From positions 1 through 56,899 of the forward strand of contig JAEDOI010000003.1 of NCBI GenBank assembly GCA_016302065.1: a DNA stretch of 56,899 nucleotides, in the 5' to 3' direction. This DNA is from Bacilli bacterium. GTDB lineage: Bacteria > Bacillota_I > Bacilli_A > RFN20 > CAG-826. Under the pieces are notes generated by a model that made no database searches, was not told the DNA's origin, and saw only the letters and a list, made by a program, of their open reading frames with translations. Shown in pieces: positions 27,005-35,588 of the stretch. Positions within the stretch are counted from its first letter, which is position 1, and the number at the start of each line of letters is the position of its first letter. The position numbers and the translations under genes are program-made.

Positions 27005-27664
27005 ATGGAAAAGAAAGTCGAATTAACAAAAAATCAATTAGCTAGATTGCCTCAATATTTAGCCTTTTTTAAAAAGTGCGTAGACACAGGTTTAAAGTAT
27101 ATTAATGCTAGCATTATTTCTACAGCACTTAGTTTAAGTGAAGAACAAGTTCGTAAAGATATTCAAGTAATTTCATCAGTTAGTGGAGTTCCAAATAGAG
27201 GAAGAGAAATTAAAAAATTAATTGCAGATATTGAAAGAGTGCTTGGTTTTAATAACACAAACAATGCTGTTATAGTTGGTTGTGGTCATTTAGGACTTGC
27301 ACTACTAAAATATGATGGATTTAATGATTATGGAATTGAAATTGTTGGTGGATTTGATAATGATCCTAATGTAATTGGAAAAGAATTTGGAAACAAAAAA
27401 ATATATGATATCCACCGAATGCTAGGGAAAATTAAAGAATTAAATGCTCTAATTGGAATTGTTACAGTACCAAGCGAAGTCGCTCAAAAAATTACTGATA
27501 ATTTGATTAGTTGTGGAGTCGAGGCGATATGGAATTTTTCAGGAATCAAATTAAAAGTACCAAGTAATATTATTGTTTCTGATGTAAATATGGCTATTTC
27601 TTTATCTGAATTAAGCCATAAATTATATATGCAAAAAATAAAGGAGAATAACAATGGAAAATGA
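27005..27664 (+). CDS. rex: redox-sensing transcriptional repressor Rex
   Basis: LARLPQYLAFFKK wHTH, GCGHLGLALLKY Rossmann motif, IVTVP...IWNF. Collinear with B. subtilis Rex. Confidence 0.9.
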   Translation: MEKKVELTKNQLARLPQYLAFFKKCVDTGLKYINASIISTALSLSEEQVRKDIQVISSVSGVPNRGREIKKLIADIERVLGFNNTNNAVIVGCGHLGLALLKYDGFNDYGIEIVGGFDNDPNVIGKEFGNKKIYDIHRMLGKIKELNALIGIVTVPSEVAQKITDNLISCGVEAIWNFSGIKLKVPSNIIVSDVNMAISLSELSHKLYMQKIKENNNGK

Positions 27665-30269
27665 AATTTACCCAAAAGAAGTACAAGAAGAAATTAATTC
27701 ATTAGTAGATAATGGATTAAAATGTTTACATGAATTTAGACTTCTTAATCAAGAACAAGTAGATTATATTGTCGCAAAAGTAAGTTGTGCTGTTTTGGAC
27801 CATCACGAATATTTAGCTCGTATTGCAAAAGAAGAGACAGGTAGAGGAGTTTTTGAAGATAAATGTACTAAAAACTTATTTGCTTGTGAATACGTTGTTA
27901 ATAATATGAGGCATTTAAAAACATGTGGTATTATTAAAGATGACCCAATTAGTGGGATAACTGAAGTTGCAGATCCATTAGGTGTAATTTGTGGTGTAAC
28001 TCCGGTTACAAATCCTACCTCAACTGTTATTTTTAAATCATTAATTGCTTTAAAAACTAGAAATCCAATTATTTTCGGATTCCATCCAAATGCTCAAAAA
28101 TGTTGTGTTGAAACAGCGAAAATTATTGAAGATGCAGCAATTAAAGCTGGAGCTCCAAAAAACTGTGTTCAATATATATCTAACCCATCTTTAGATGCTA
28201 CAAAATGTTTAATGCATCATAAAGATGTAGCTACAATTCTTGCAACAGGTGGAAATGCAATGGTTAAAGAAGCATATAGTTGTGGAAAACCTGCTTTAGG
28301 AGTTGGTGCTGGAAATGTTCCTGCATATGTTGAAAAAAGTGCCAATGTATCTCAAGCTGCAAATGATATTTTAATGTCAAAAGCTTTTGATAATGGAATG
28401 GTTTGTGCTAGTGAGCAAGCGGCTATTGTTGATAGTGAAATTTATGATGAATTCAAGAATGATTTAAAGAAATATGGGGCCTATTTCTGTAATGAAAAAG
28501 AAAAAGAGATGCTTGAAAAATATATGTTTAGGCCAAATAAAGATGGTAAAGGAACATCTCTTTTTGCAGGTGTAGTTGGACATCCAGCATATGAAATTGC
28601 TAAAAATGCTGGGTTTGAGGTACCACTTAAAACTCCTATTTTAGTTGTAGAATGTTCCCATTGTGGAATGGATGAAACTTTAACAAGAGAAAAATTATCT
28701 CCAGTTCTTGCTCTTGTAAAAGTGGCTGATTATAAAGAAGGTTTTGAACAAGCTGAAATAATGGTAGAAAGTGGTGGATTAGGGCACAGCGCTTGTATTC
28801 ATACGAAAAATAAAGTATTAGCCGATGAATTTGGAGTTAGATTAAAAGCTTGTAGAATTATATGGAATTCTCCAACTTCATTTGGTGGAATTGGTAATAT
28901 TTACAATTCATTTATTCCTTCAATGACACTTGGATGTGGAAGTTATGGACATAACTCTGTAAGTGGAAATGTTGGAGCAGTTAATTTGATTAATATTAAA
29001 AGAATTGGAAAAAGGAGAAATAATATGCAATGGTTTAAACTTCCTAGCAAAATTTATTTTGAAAGAAATAGTATTCAATATTTAATTGATTGCAAAGATA
29101 TTTCAAAAGTATTTATTGTAACAGATAAATCCATGGTTGAACTTGGATTTATGAATAAAATCGTTGATCAATTAAAATCTAGAAGAAATGAAGTTACCAT
29201 TCAATTATTTACTGATGTTGAACCAGATCCAGATATTTCAACAGTTAAAAAAGGTGCTTCCTTAATGGAAAGCTTTAAACCTGATACTATTATTGCTTTA
29301 GGTGGAGGAAGTGTTATGGATGCTGCAAAAGGTATGTGGCTATTCTATGAACATCCTGAAGTTAATTTTGATGACTTAAAGCAAAAGTTTATGGATATAA
29401 GAAAGAGAGCTTTCAAGTTCCCTCAACTTGGAAAGAAAACGAAGTTAATTTGTATTCCTACAACTAGCGGAACTGGTAGTGAAGTAACTCCATTTGCTGT
29501 AATTAGCGATAGAGAACATCAAAAGAAATATCCTTTAACTGATTATTCTTTAACTCCAACAATTGCAATTATAGATCCAGAATTTACAACTAATTTACCA
29601 GCTAGTGTTACCGCTGACACTGGATTAGATGTTTTATGTCATGCTGTTGAAGCTTACGTATCAATGCTTGCAAGTGATTATACCGATGGATTGGCAATTC
29701 ATGCTGTTGAGCTTGTATTTGAGAACTTAGAATTAACCGTAAAAGATGGTAAGAATGAATTAGATGCAAGAGAAAAAATGCATAATGCTGCAACTATTGC
29801 AGGTATGGCATTTGCTAATGCTTTCTTAGGAATGTGCCATTCGATGGCTCATAAAGTAGGCGGATATTATCATATTCCACACGGAAGGATTATTGGAATT
29901 TTGCTACCATATGTAATTAGGTATAATGGTCAAGTTCCTCAAAAACTCGCTACATGGCCAAAATATAATGTCTATGATGCTGATAAACGTTATACAAAAT
30001 TAGCTAGATTAATCGGTTTAAATCCAAAGAATGATAAAGAAGGGGTTGAAATGTTTGCTAAAGCTTGTTATGACCTTTCAGTTAAAATTGGAGTTAAGCC
30101 TTCATTTAAAGAACAAGGTGTTGATGAAGCTGATTTTATGAAAAATGTTGAAGAAATTGCATATTCTGCATTTGAAGATCAATGTACACCTGCTAATCCT
30201 CGTATTCCACTTGTTGAAGATATGATAAGTATATTAAAAGATGCTTATTATGGAAATTTCAATAAGTAA
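27654..30269 (+). CDS. adhE: bifunctional acetaldehyde-CoA / alcohol dehydrogenase
   Basis: 871 aa. N-terminal ALDH domain (VCASEQ catalytic Cys) and a C-terminal iron-ADH domain (GGGSVMDAAK, His-rich metal site). Overlaps rex by 11 nt. Confidence 0.95.
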   Translation: MENEIYPKEVQEEINSLVDNGLKCLHEFRLLNQEQVDYIVAKVSCAVLDHHEYLARIAKEETGRGVFEDKCTKNLFACEYVVNNMRHLKTCGIIKDDPISGITEVADPLGVICGVTPVTNPTSTVIFKSLIALKTRNPIIFGFHPNAQKCCVETAKIIEDAAIKAGAPKNCVQYISNPSLDATKCLMHHKDVATILATGGNAMVKEAYSCGKPALGVGAGNVPAYVEKSANVSQAANDILMSKAFDNGMVCASEQAAIVDSEIYDEFKNDLKKYGAYFCNEKEKEMLEKYMFRPNKDGKGTSLFAGVVGHPAYEIAKNAGFEVPLKTPILVVECSHCGMDETLTREKLSPVLALVKVADYKEGFEQAEIMVESGGLGHSACIHTKNKVLADEFGVRLKACRIIWNSPTSFGGIGNIYNSFIPSMTLGCGSYGHNSVSGNVGAVNLINIKRIGKRRNNMQWFKLPSKIYFERNSIQYLIDCKDISKVFIVTDKSMVELGFMNKIVDQLKSRRNEVTIQLFTDVEPDPDISTVKKGASLMESFKPDTIIALGGGSVMDAAKGMWLFYEHPEVNFDDLKQKFMDIRKRAFKFPQLGKKTKLICIPTTSGTGSEVTPFAVISDREHQKKYPLTDYSLTPTIAIIDPEFTTNLPASVTADTGLDVLCHAVEAYVSMLASDYTDGLAIHAVELVFENLELTVKDGKNELDAREKMHNAATIAGMAFANAFLGMCHSMAHKVGGYYHIPHGRIIGILLPYVIRYNGQVPQKLATWPKYNVYDADKRYTKLARLIGLNPKNDKEGVEMFAKACYDLSVKIGVKPSFKEQGVDEADFMKNVEEIAYSAFEDQCTPANPRIPLVEDMISILKDAYYGNFNK

Positions 30270-30285
30270 ATAATATTTATAAGTT

Positions 30286-30316
30286 AAAAATGGTGCTAAT
30301 ATAAAGCACCATTTTT
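30286..30316. terminator. Bidirectional terminator after adhE
   Basis: AAAAATGGTGC/GCACCATTTTT stem with A/T tracts on both sides. Confidence 0.85.
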
Positions 30317-30345
30317 ATTAAAAACTATATGATTTACGATATATT

Positions 30346-30924
30346 TTATATATCTAAGACTTTTTTATTTCTAACTATAAAATAAATACCAAGCCCAAGA
30401 AGGACAACTGCTGCAACCAAAACCATTGCAATAATAAAGTTCATATAAGCGAATGCTGAAGAGTTAACAGCATCATAAATTGCTACAGTAATTGAGCTTG
30501 CAAAAATTAAAGTTCCATAAACTATTGAAGAAATGAAGAAGACATATCCAATAATTTTATTTTTAATAAATAAAAAGACAAATCCAGTCAAAATCATTAG
30601 TAAAAAGGATAGTTTTGCAATAATTGCAAAGATTCCAGTAACAGTAGGTTCAATAAAATTAATACCATATCCTCCAAATAATATAAGTATTAATACAGAA
30701 GGGGCAAATGCTCTTATTGTTAAACTATAGTTTTTAACCCCAAATAAAAATATAAAATAAAAAGCAATAATAACTAAAGCAATAAATAATCCAATAAGGA
30801 ATTCAAAAATATTGCTTGAAGGACTAGGAATTCCTCCATCGATAATAAACTTAATTAATAACAGTAATCCACCTATAAATAAAAATAAGATAGATAAGTT
30901 AATTTTTTTCTTTTCTTTAGCCAT
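30346..30924 (-). CDS. hypothetical polytopic membrane protein
   Basis: 192 aa, about 6 TMs, GAAAGGAGG SD. Confidence 0.6.
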   Translation of the reverse strand: MAKEKKKINLSILFLFIGGLLLLIKFIIDGGIPSPSSNIFEFLIGLFIALVIIAFYFIFLFGVKNYSLTIRAFAPSVLILILFGGYGINFIEPTVTGIFAIIAKLSFLLMILTGFVFLFIKNKIIGYVFFISSIVYGTLIFASSITVAIYDAVNSSAFAYMNFIIAMVLVAAVVLLGLGIYFIVRNKKVLDI

Positions 30925-31047
30925 AATAGCCTCCTTTCTTACAATAATTTTAATTATTTAGAGTTTTAAAAACAATAACTTCAATATGAATTAATCAATG
31001 AAATTTAAATATATTAAATATATAATATTTAAAGAAGGAGACAGTAT

Positions 31048-32466
31048 ATGCCAAAGTTTGATACAAGAGTCCAAGAATTAAGATATAGAGTTTTAAAAGA
31101 GATAGCAAAACATATATATAATGACGATTTAAATCAATATTTTTATGATATACCTAAAGCAATTGTTCCTGGACCAAAACCTTCAATGCGCTGCTGTATA
31201 TACAAAGAAAGAGCAATTGTTGAAGAAAGGATCAAAGTTGTTTTAAATGCTAGTACAAACAATAAAGATAATGTAATAAAAGTTATTGATATTGCCTGTG
31301 ATGAATGCCCATTAGGTGGATATAGTGTTACTGATGCTTGTAGAGGTTGTATTGCTCATAGATGTAGCGAAGCTTGCCCTAAAAAAGCGATAAATTTTAC
31401 AAATAATTTAACTGCTACAATTAATAAAGATTTATGTATTAATTGTGGCCTATGTGCAAAGGCTTGTCCATATAGCGCTATCGAAAATAGGATTAGACCT
31501 TGCGAAAGAATATGCAAAAATAAATGTATTAGTCCAGATCCTATAACAAATGCTGCAAAAATTAATGATGAAAAGTGCATTCATTGTGGAAGTTGTGTTT
31601 ATATGTGTCCTTTTGGAGCAATTGTTGATGAATCTTATATTGTTGATGTTATTGGAATATTAAAATCAAATGTTAAAAAAGTAGCGGTAGTTGCACCTTC
31701 AATTGGTGGAAACTTTACTGAATTTGGTGTTAAAAAAGTGATCGCTGCTTTAAAAGAGTTAGGATTTGATATGGTTATTGAAGCTGCACTTGGAGCAGAT
31801 ATAGTTGCTAAAAATGAGAGTATGGAATTAGCAGAAAGTGGAAAATTAACTTCTTCATGTTGCCCAGCTTTTACTTCATATATTGAAAAGAATTATCCAA
31901 CTTTAAAAGAACATATTTCTAACAGTCTATCTCCAATGGCTACTATTTCTAGAGAAATTAAAGAAAAAGATCCAACATCTAAAATAATATTTATTGGTCC
32001 ATGTACTGCTAAAAAATTTGAAATTAAAGATGATAAAGTAAAAAAATATGTCGATAGTTGCTTGACTTTTGAGGAAGTGCAAGCTTTATTTGATGCAAAA
32101 GAAATTGATATAGCTTCTTTAAAAGAAGAAGAATATGATTTAAGTGGATCTTATTATGGAAGAGGATTTGCAAAATGTGGTGGTTTAACTAATGCTGTTA
32201 AACAATCTTTAGAAGAAGAAAATATTTCTTTTGATGTTCATGGAGTTGTCTGTAGTGGTATTAAAGATATAAAAAATGCTTTAAATGATATGAAAAATAA
32301 TAAAAATAATATTAATTTTATTGAAGGAATGATGTGTGATGGTGGATGTATTGGTGGACCATGTAATTTAACTCATGAATTAAAAAATAAAATATATTTA
32401 GATAAATATGCCCAAGCAGCTGATAAATCGATTAATAAAAATATAAATAAAAAAGAAGGCTTATAA
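31048..32466 (+). CDS. [FeFe]-hydrogenase-like protein (Cys-rich N-terminus, 2x[4Fe-4S] ferredoxin motifs, H-cluster domain)
   Basis: CINCGLCAKACP and CIHCGSCVYMCP. H-domain motifs TSSCCPAF, GPCTAKKFE and EGMMCDGGCIGGP. Confidence 0.8.
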   Translation: MPKFDTRVQELRYRVLKEIAKHIYNDDLNQYFYDIPKAIVPGPKPSMRCCIYKERAIVEERIKVVLNASTNNKDNVIKVIDIACDECPLGGYSVTDACRGCIAHRCSEACPKKAINFTNNLTATINKDLCINCGLCAKACPYSAIENRIRPCERICKNKCISPDPITNAAKINDEKCIHCGSCVYMCPFGAIVDESYIVDVIGILKSNVKKVAVVAPSIGGNFTEFGVKKVIAALKELGFDMVIEAALGADIVAKNESMELAESGKLTSSCCPAFTSYIEKNYPTLKEHISNSLSPMATISREIKEKDPTSKIIFIGPCTAKKFEIKDDKVKKYVDSCLTFEEVQALFDAKEIDIASLKEEEYDLSGSYYGRGFAKCGGLTNAVKQSLEEENISFDVHGVVCSGIKDIKNALNDMKNNKNNINFIEGMMCDGGCIGGPCNLTHELKNKIYLDKYAQAADKSINKNINKKEGL

Positions 32467-32467
32467 T

Positions 32468-33352
32468 ATGAAGAATGAATTTAGAGATTTAATTTGTGAA
32501 AATAGTGAGGAATCAAATGTATTTTTATGTGGTATTCCTCTTGATAAGAATGCAAGTGTAGGGAAAGGCGCTAAAGAAGCACCAAGAGTTTTAAGAGAAC
32601 TTAGTTATGATTTACCTCCTCTTGATAGGAAAGGTAATTTATTAACAAAAGTTAAGATGTATGATGCAGGCGATTTTGTTAGTGAAGATTTTGACATTTT
32701 GAAATCCAATATGGATGAATTCTTAAAATATAAAGGATTTCATATAGTTTTTGGAGGAGATCACTCCATTGGTATTGCTACAAATAGAGCATTTTTTGAT
32801 AAATGTTTAAGATTAAATAAGATTCCTGTTATTATTCATATAGATGCTCATCCAGATATATGTGATACATATCATGGAAGCAAATATTCTCATGCTTGTC
32901 CAATTGCTAGAGCCATTGAATATGGTTATAAAGATGAAAATATTACTTTATGTGGAATAAGAGGGTTTGAAGCACAAGAAATTGAAACTTTTAAGAAACA
33001 TAGATTACTTGATGTTTTTAAAGCAAATGATATAAAAGAGATGGGAATTGATATGTTAATTTCCATTTTAAGGACAAAATATAGTGATGACAAATATTTA
33101 GTTTATATCTCATATGATATTGATGCAAACGATCCATCATTTGCTCCAGGAACTGGAACTCCAGAAAGTTTTGGTTTATCTAATTTTGAAACAATGGAGT
33201 TAATCTGTGATATTGTTAAATATTTAAATGTAGATATTTTTGAAATTGTTGAAATTGCTCCACCATTAGATATTAATAATATTACTAGTTGGTTAGCTCT
33301 AAAGACATTATATGAAGTATTTAATGTGCTAATTGAAACTAAAAAGATTTAA
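32468..33352 (+). CDS. speB: agmatinase / arginase-family ureohydrolase
   Basis: FGGDHSI, HIDAHPD and SYDIDANDP manganese-binding motifs. Confidence 0.8.
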   Translation: MKNEFRDLICENSEESNVFLCGIPLDKNASVGKGAKEAPRVLRELSYDLPPLDRKGNLLTKVKMYDAGDFVSEDFDILKSNMDEFLKYKGFHIVFGGDHSIGIATNRAFFDKCLRLNKIPVIIHIDAHPDICDTYHGSKYSHACPIARAIEYGYKDENITLCGIRGFEAQEIETFKKHRLLDVFKANDIKEMGIDMLISILRTKYSDDKYLVYISYDIDANDPSFAPGTGTPESFGLSNFETMELICDIVKYLNVDIFEIVEIAPPLDINNITSWLALKTLYEVFNVLIETKKI

Positions 33353-33353
33353 C

Positions 33354-34010
33354 ATGTACGATAAGTTCTTTGAATATATTAGTAAATTACCTATTTATAA
33401 TGAATTAAATTCTTTTTTGGATTATGAATATGCTAACTATATTATTTATCCAAAAAGAGAACAAATTTTTAATGCTTTTAAATTAATTCATGACAATATA
33501 AAGGTTGTTATTATTGGACAAGATCCTTATTCTAATAAAAATCAAGCAAATGGTCTTGCTTTTAGTGTAAATAAGGGTGTTTCTTTACCGCCAAGTTTAA
33601 GAAATATTTATAAAGAAATAGAAAATGAATTTGGTATAAATATGAATTATTCAAATGGAGATTTAACATATTTAGCTAGTCAAGGTGTTTTGCTTTTAAA
33701 TACCATTTTAACTGTAAGAGATAAAGAACCATTAAGTCATGATAATAAAATATATAAAGAATTGTTTTTATGTATTTTGAAGTATTTAGATTCTCTTGAA
33801 AATAATATTGTGTTTTTGCTTTGGGGAAATAATGCAAAAAAATATCAAAAATTTATAACTAATAAAAAAAGACTAGTGATAACAACAAACCATCCTAGTC
33901 CTTTAAGTGCAAATCGTAGTGGTCGGTTCAATTCTTCTTGCTTCATTAATACTAATAAATATTTAGAAAGCAATAATATTGAACCAATTCATTGGGAAAA
34001 TACTAACTAA
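33354..34010 (+). CDS. ung: uracil-DNA glycosylase (family 1)
   Basis: IIGQDPY, LPPSL, GVLLLN and HPSPLSA motifs. The ATG at 33354 lies just after the speB stop. The tracked ORF opens at TTG 33333. Confidence 0.85.
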   Translation: MYDKFFEYISKLPIYNELNSFLDYEYANYIIYPKREQIFNAFKLIHDNIKVVIIGQDPYSNKNQANGLAFSVNKGVSLPPSLRNIYKEIENEFGINMNYSNGDLTYLASQGVLLLNTILTVRDKEPLSHDNKIYKELFLCILKYLDSLENNIVFLLWGNNAKKYQKFITNKKRLVITTNHPSPLSANRSGRFNSSCFINTNKYLESNNIEPIHWENTN

Positions 34011-34166
34011 TTAGCGTTTTATTCCTGTTATTGTATATAAAGAATCACTGAAAATTAATAATTGATTTTCTTTGTCCATAACTTCTTTGTCGTGTTCATT
34101 TTCTCCAACGTACTCTTTTTCGAATTTGTCGATTTCTCTAAAATGTAACTTATTTCTTTCTTTCAT
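34011..34166 (-). CDS. small hypothetical protein (51 aa), absent from the supplied ORF track
   Basis: Hand translation gives MKERNKLHFREIDKFEKEYVGENEHDKEVMDKENQLLIFSDSLYTITGIKR*. The ATG is preceded by AAAGGAGGAAAACGACT (strong SD, 7-8 nt spacing). Confidence 0.5.
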   Translation of the reverse strand: MKERNKLHFREIDKFEKEYVGENEHDKEVMDKENQLLIFSDSLYTITGIKR

Positions 34167-34223
34167 AGTCGTTTTCCTCCTTTGAACAACACTATTTTAA
34201 ATCATTAAAATTTTTTTAATATA

Positions 34224-34237
34224 TGAAAACGGTTACA
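34224..34237. promoter_or_regulatory. cre box 1 (CcpA catabolite-responsive element), TGAAAACGGTTACA
   Basis: Matches TGWAANCGNTNWCA at all constrained positions. Confidence 0.6.
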
Positions 34238-34244
34238 TTTTTTA

Positions 34245-34258
34245 TGAAAGCGTTTTCA
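34245..34258. promoter_or_regulatory. cre box 2, TGAAAGCGTTTTCA
   Basis: Matches TGWAANCGNTNWCA at all constrained positions. Its centre is 21 bp from cre box 1. Confidence 0.6.
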
Positions 34259-34404
34259 TATATTTTTATTAAGAAAATAACCAAAAAATATAATTTTTTA
34301 TTAAAAAATTAATAAATGAATCTGTATTTTGAAAATATTTTCATTAATAAATTGACATTAGATTATTCTTTTTAATTTATATATTAAAAGTTTTTGTATA
34401 TAAT

Positions 34405-34510
34405 AACTTTGGGAGCTGGAGAACTGGCTGAGATAAACGTGTTACTCGTTTGACCTTTAACCTGATCTAGGTAATGCTAGCGTAGGGAATTTTTTTATTT
34501 CCTACTTCTA
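34405..34510 (+). promoter_or_regulatory. TPP (THI-box) riboswitch
   Basis: GGGAGC...CTGAGA...ACCTTTAACCTGATCTAGGTAATGCTAGCGTAGGGAA matches the conserved TPP aptamer core. Sits directly upstream of thiamine salvage genes. Confidence 0.9.
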
Positions 34511-34520
34511 AAGGAGGATT

Positions 34521-35588
34521 ATGAAAGAAACAAAAACATTGAGTAATTACATTAAAGAATTGCTCGTCGCATTATCATTCGTTATTTTATTAATACTTTT
34601 ATTTACTACTAAATTTGTAAGTTTTACTGCAAATGGTAAATTATTTAGTATTAGTTTTGCTACTATTTGTTTTACCGAAGCAAATATTTTTAATGGGGCA
34701 ATATTGGTTAATGGCACAACGCAAATAATATTAATTTCTTCATTATGTGCTGTTGTTGGCTCTATTATTTTATTTATATTAGGATTTATATTTAATTATC
34801 TTAATAGAGAGAAATTTGTTAAATATTATTATTTAGCTTCAGTTATTTTATTAGTTTATTTTGCTTTTAGTGTTTTATTTACAAATTATTATTTTTCAAT
34901 TTATAACACTAATGAAGCATTTGATGATTTTGAAATCTCAACATTGTTTTCAATCATTGTTATAGTTCTTACATGTTTAATTGGATTATTGTTAGCATCA
35001 AAATTATTTGAAGGAATAAAATATTCAATTCAAGAAATTTGTGAAACAGCAATATTAGTTGGTTTAGCCGTTGTTTTAGATCAATTTGTTAAAATTCCTG
35101 TACAAGCAAATGGAGGAAGCATATCATTTGCACCAGTTCCTTTGTTTATAATTGCAATGAGATATGGTGGGCTTAAAGGATTTATTGCTAGTGGCTTATT
35201 TTTTGGATTGATTACTTGCCTTCTTGATGGGTATGGATTCCAATGTTTCCCATTTGATTATTTTATTGCTCTTTGCGGATATGGTTTAATTGGAACATTT
35301 GTCAACTTCTTTAATAAATTTAATAAAGAAAAGAAATTTAATAAACAATATGGTTTGACTATTGCTGGAGTAGTTGTTGGGGGAATACTTGCCACAATCG
35401 TTAGATATTTTGGACATATGGTTAGTGGATTTATTCTATATGCTCCAATTTCTTTTGTAGATAACTTTATTTATCAATCGACTTATGTACCATTGACAAT
35501 GCTTGTATCTATAGTTGTTATGTGCATTTTAGTAGGACCAATTATTTTAATTAATAGAGTCTTTAAGGTTAAGGGTAATGCTAAATAA
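34521..35588 (+). CDS. thiT: thiamine transporter ThiT-like (ECF S-component) with an extra N-terminal ~160-aa membrane domain
   Basis: The C-terminal half (ICETAILVGLAVVLDQF...PLFIIAMRYGGLKGFIASGLFFGLI...RYFGHMVSGFILY) resembles ThiT. TPP riboswitch upstream. Confidence 0.65.
   Translation: MKETKTLSNYIKELLVALSFVILLILLFTTKFVSFTANGKLFSISFATICFTEANIFNGAILVNGTTQIILISSLCAVVGSIILFILGFIFNYLNREKFVKYYYLASVILLVYFAFSVLFTNYYFSIYNTNEAFDDFEISTLFSIIVIVLTCLIGLLLASKLFEGIKYSIQEICETAILVGLAVVLDQFVKIPVQANGGSISFAPVPLFIIAMRYGGLKGFIASGLFFGLITCLLDGYGFQCFPFDYFIALCGYGLIGTFVNFFNKFNKEKKFNKQYGLTIAGVVVGGILATIVRYFGHMVSGFILYAPISFVDNFIYQSTYVPLTMLVSIVVMCILVGPIILINRVFKVKGNAK

Noticed and set aside
27484-27675. 63-aa minus-strand ORF
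   Set aside because: Antisense across the rex/adhE junction. No SD.
29608-29793. 61-aa minus-strand ORF inside adhE
   Set aside because: Antisense to a conserved iron-ADH domain.
30533-30730. 65-aa + strand ORF
   Set aside because: Antisense to the 192-aa membrane protein gene, which has a strong SD.
30925-31047. Rex operator upstream of the hydrogenase gene
   Set aside because: No TTGTGAA/TTCACAA- or TTGTTAA/TTAACAA-type palindrome is present.
31356-31580. 74-aa minus-strand ORF inside the hydrogenase gene
   Set aside because: Antisense to the ferredoxin-motif region.
31048-32466. Calling the hydrogenase a sensory (HydS-type) enzyme
   Set aside because: No C-terminal PAS or signalling domain. 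Only the motif variants are noted, with no functional class asserted.
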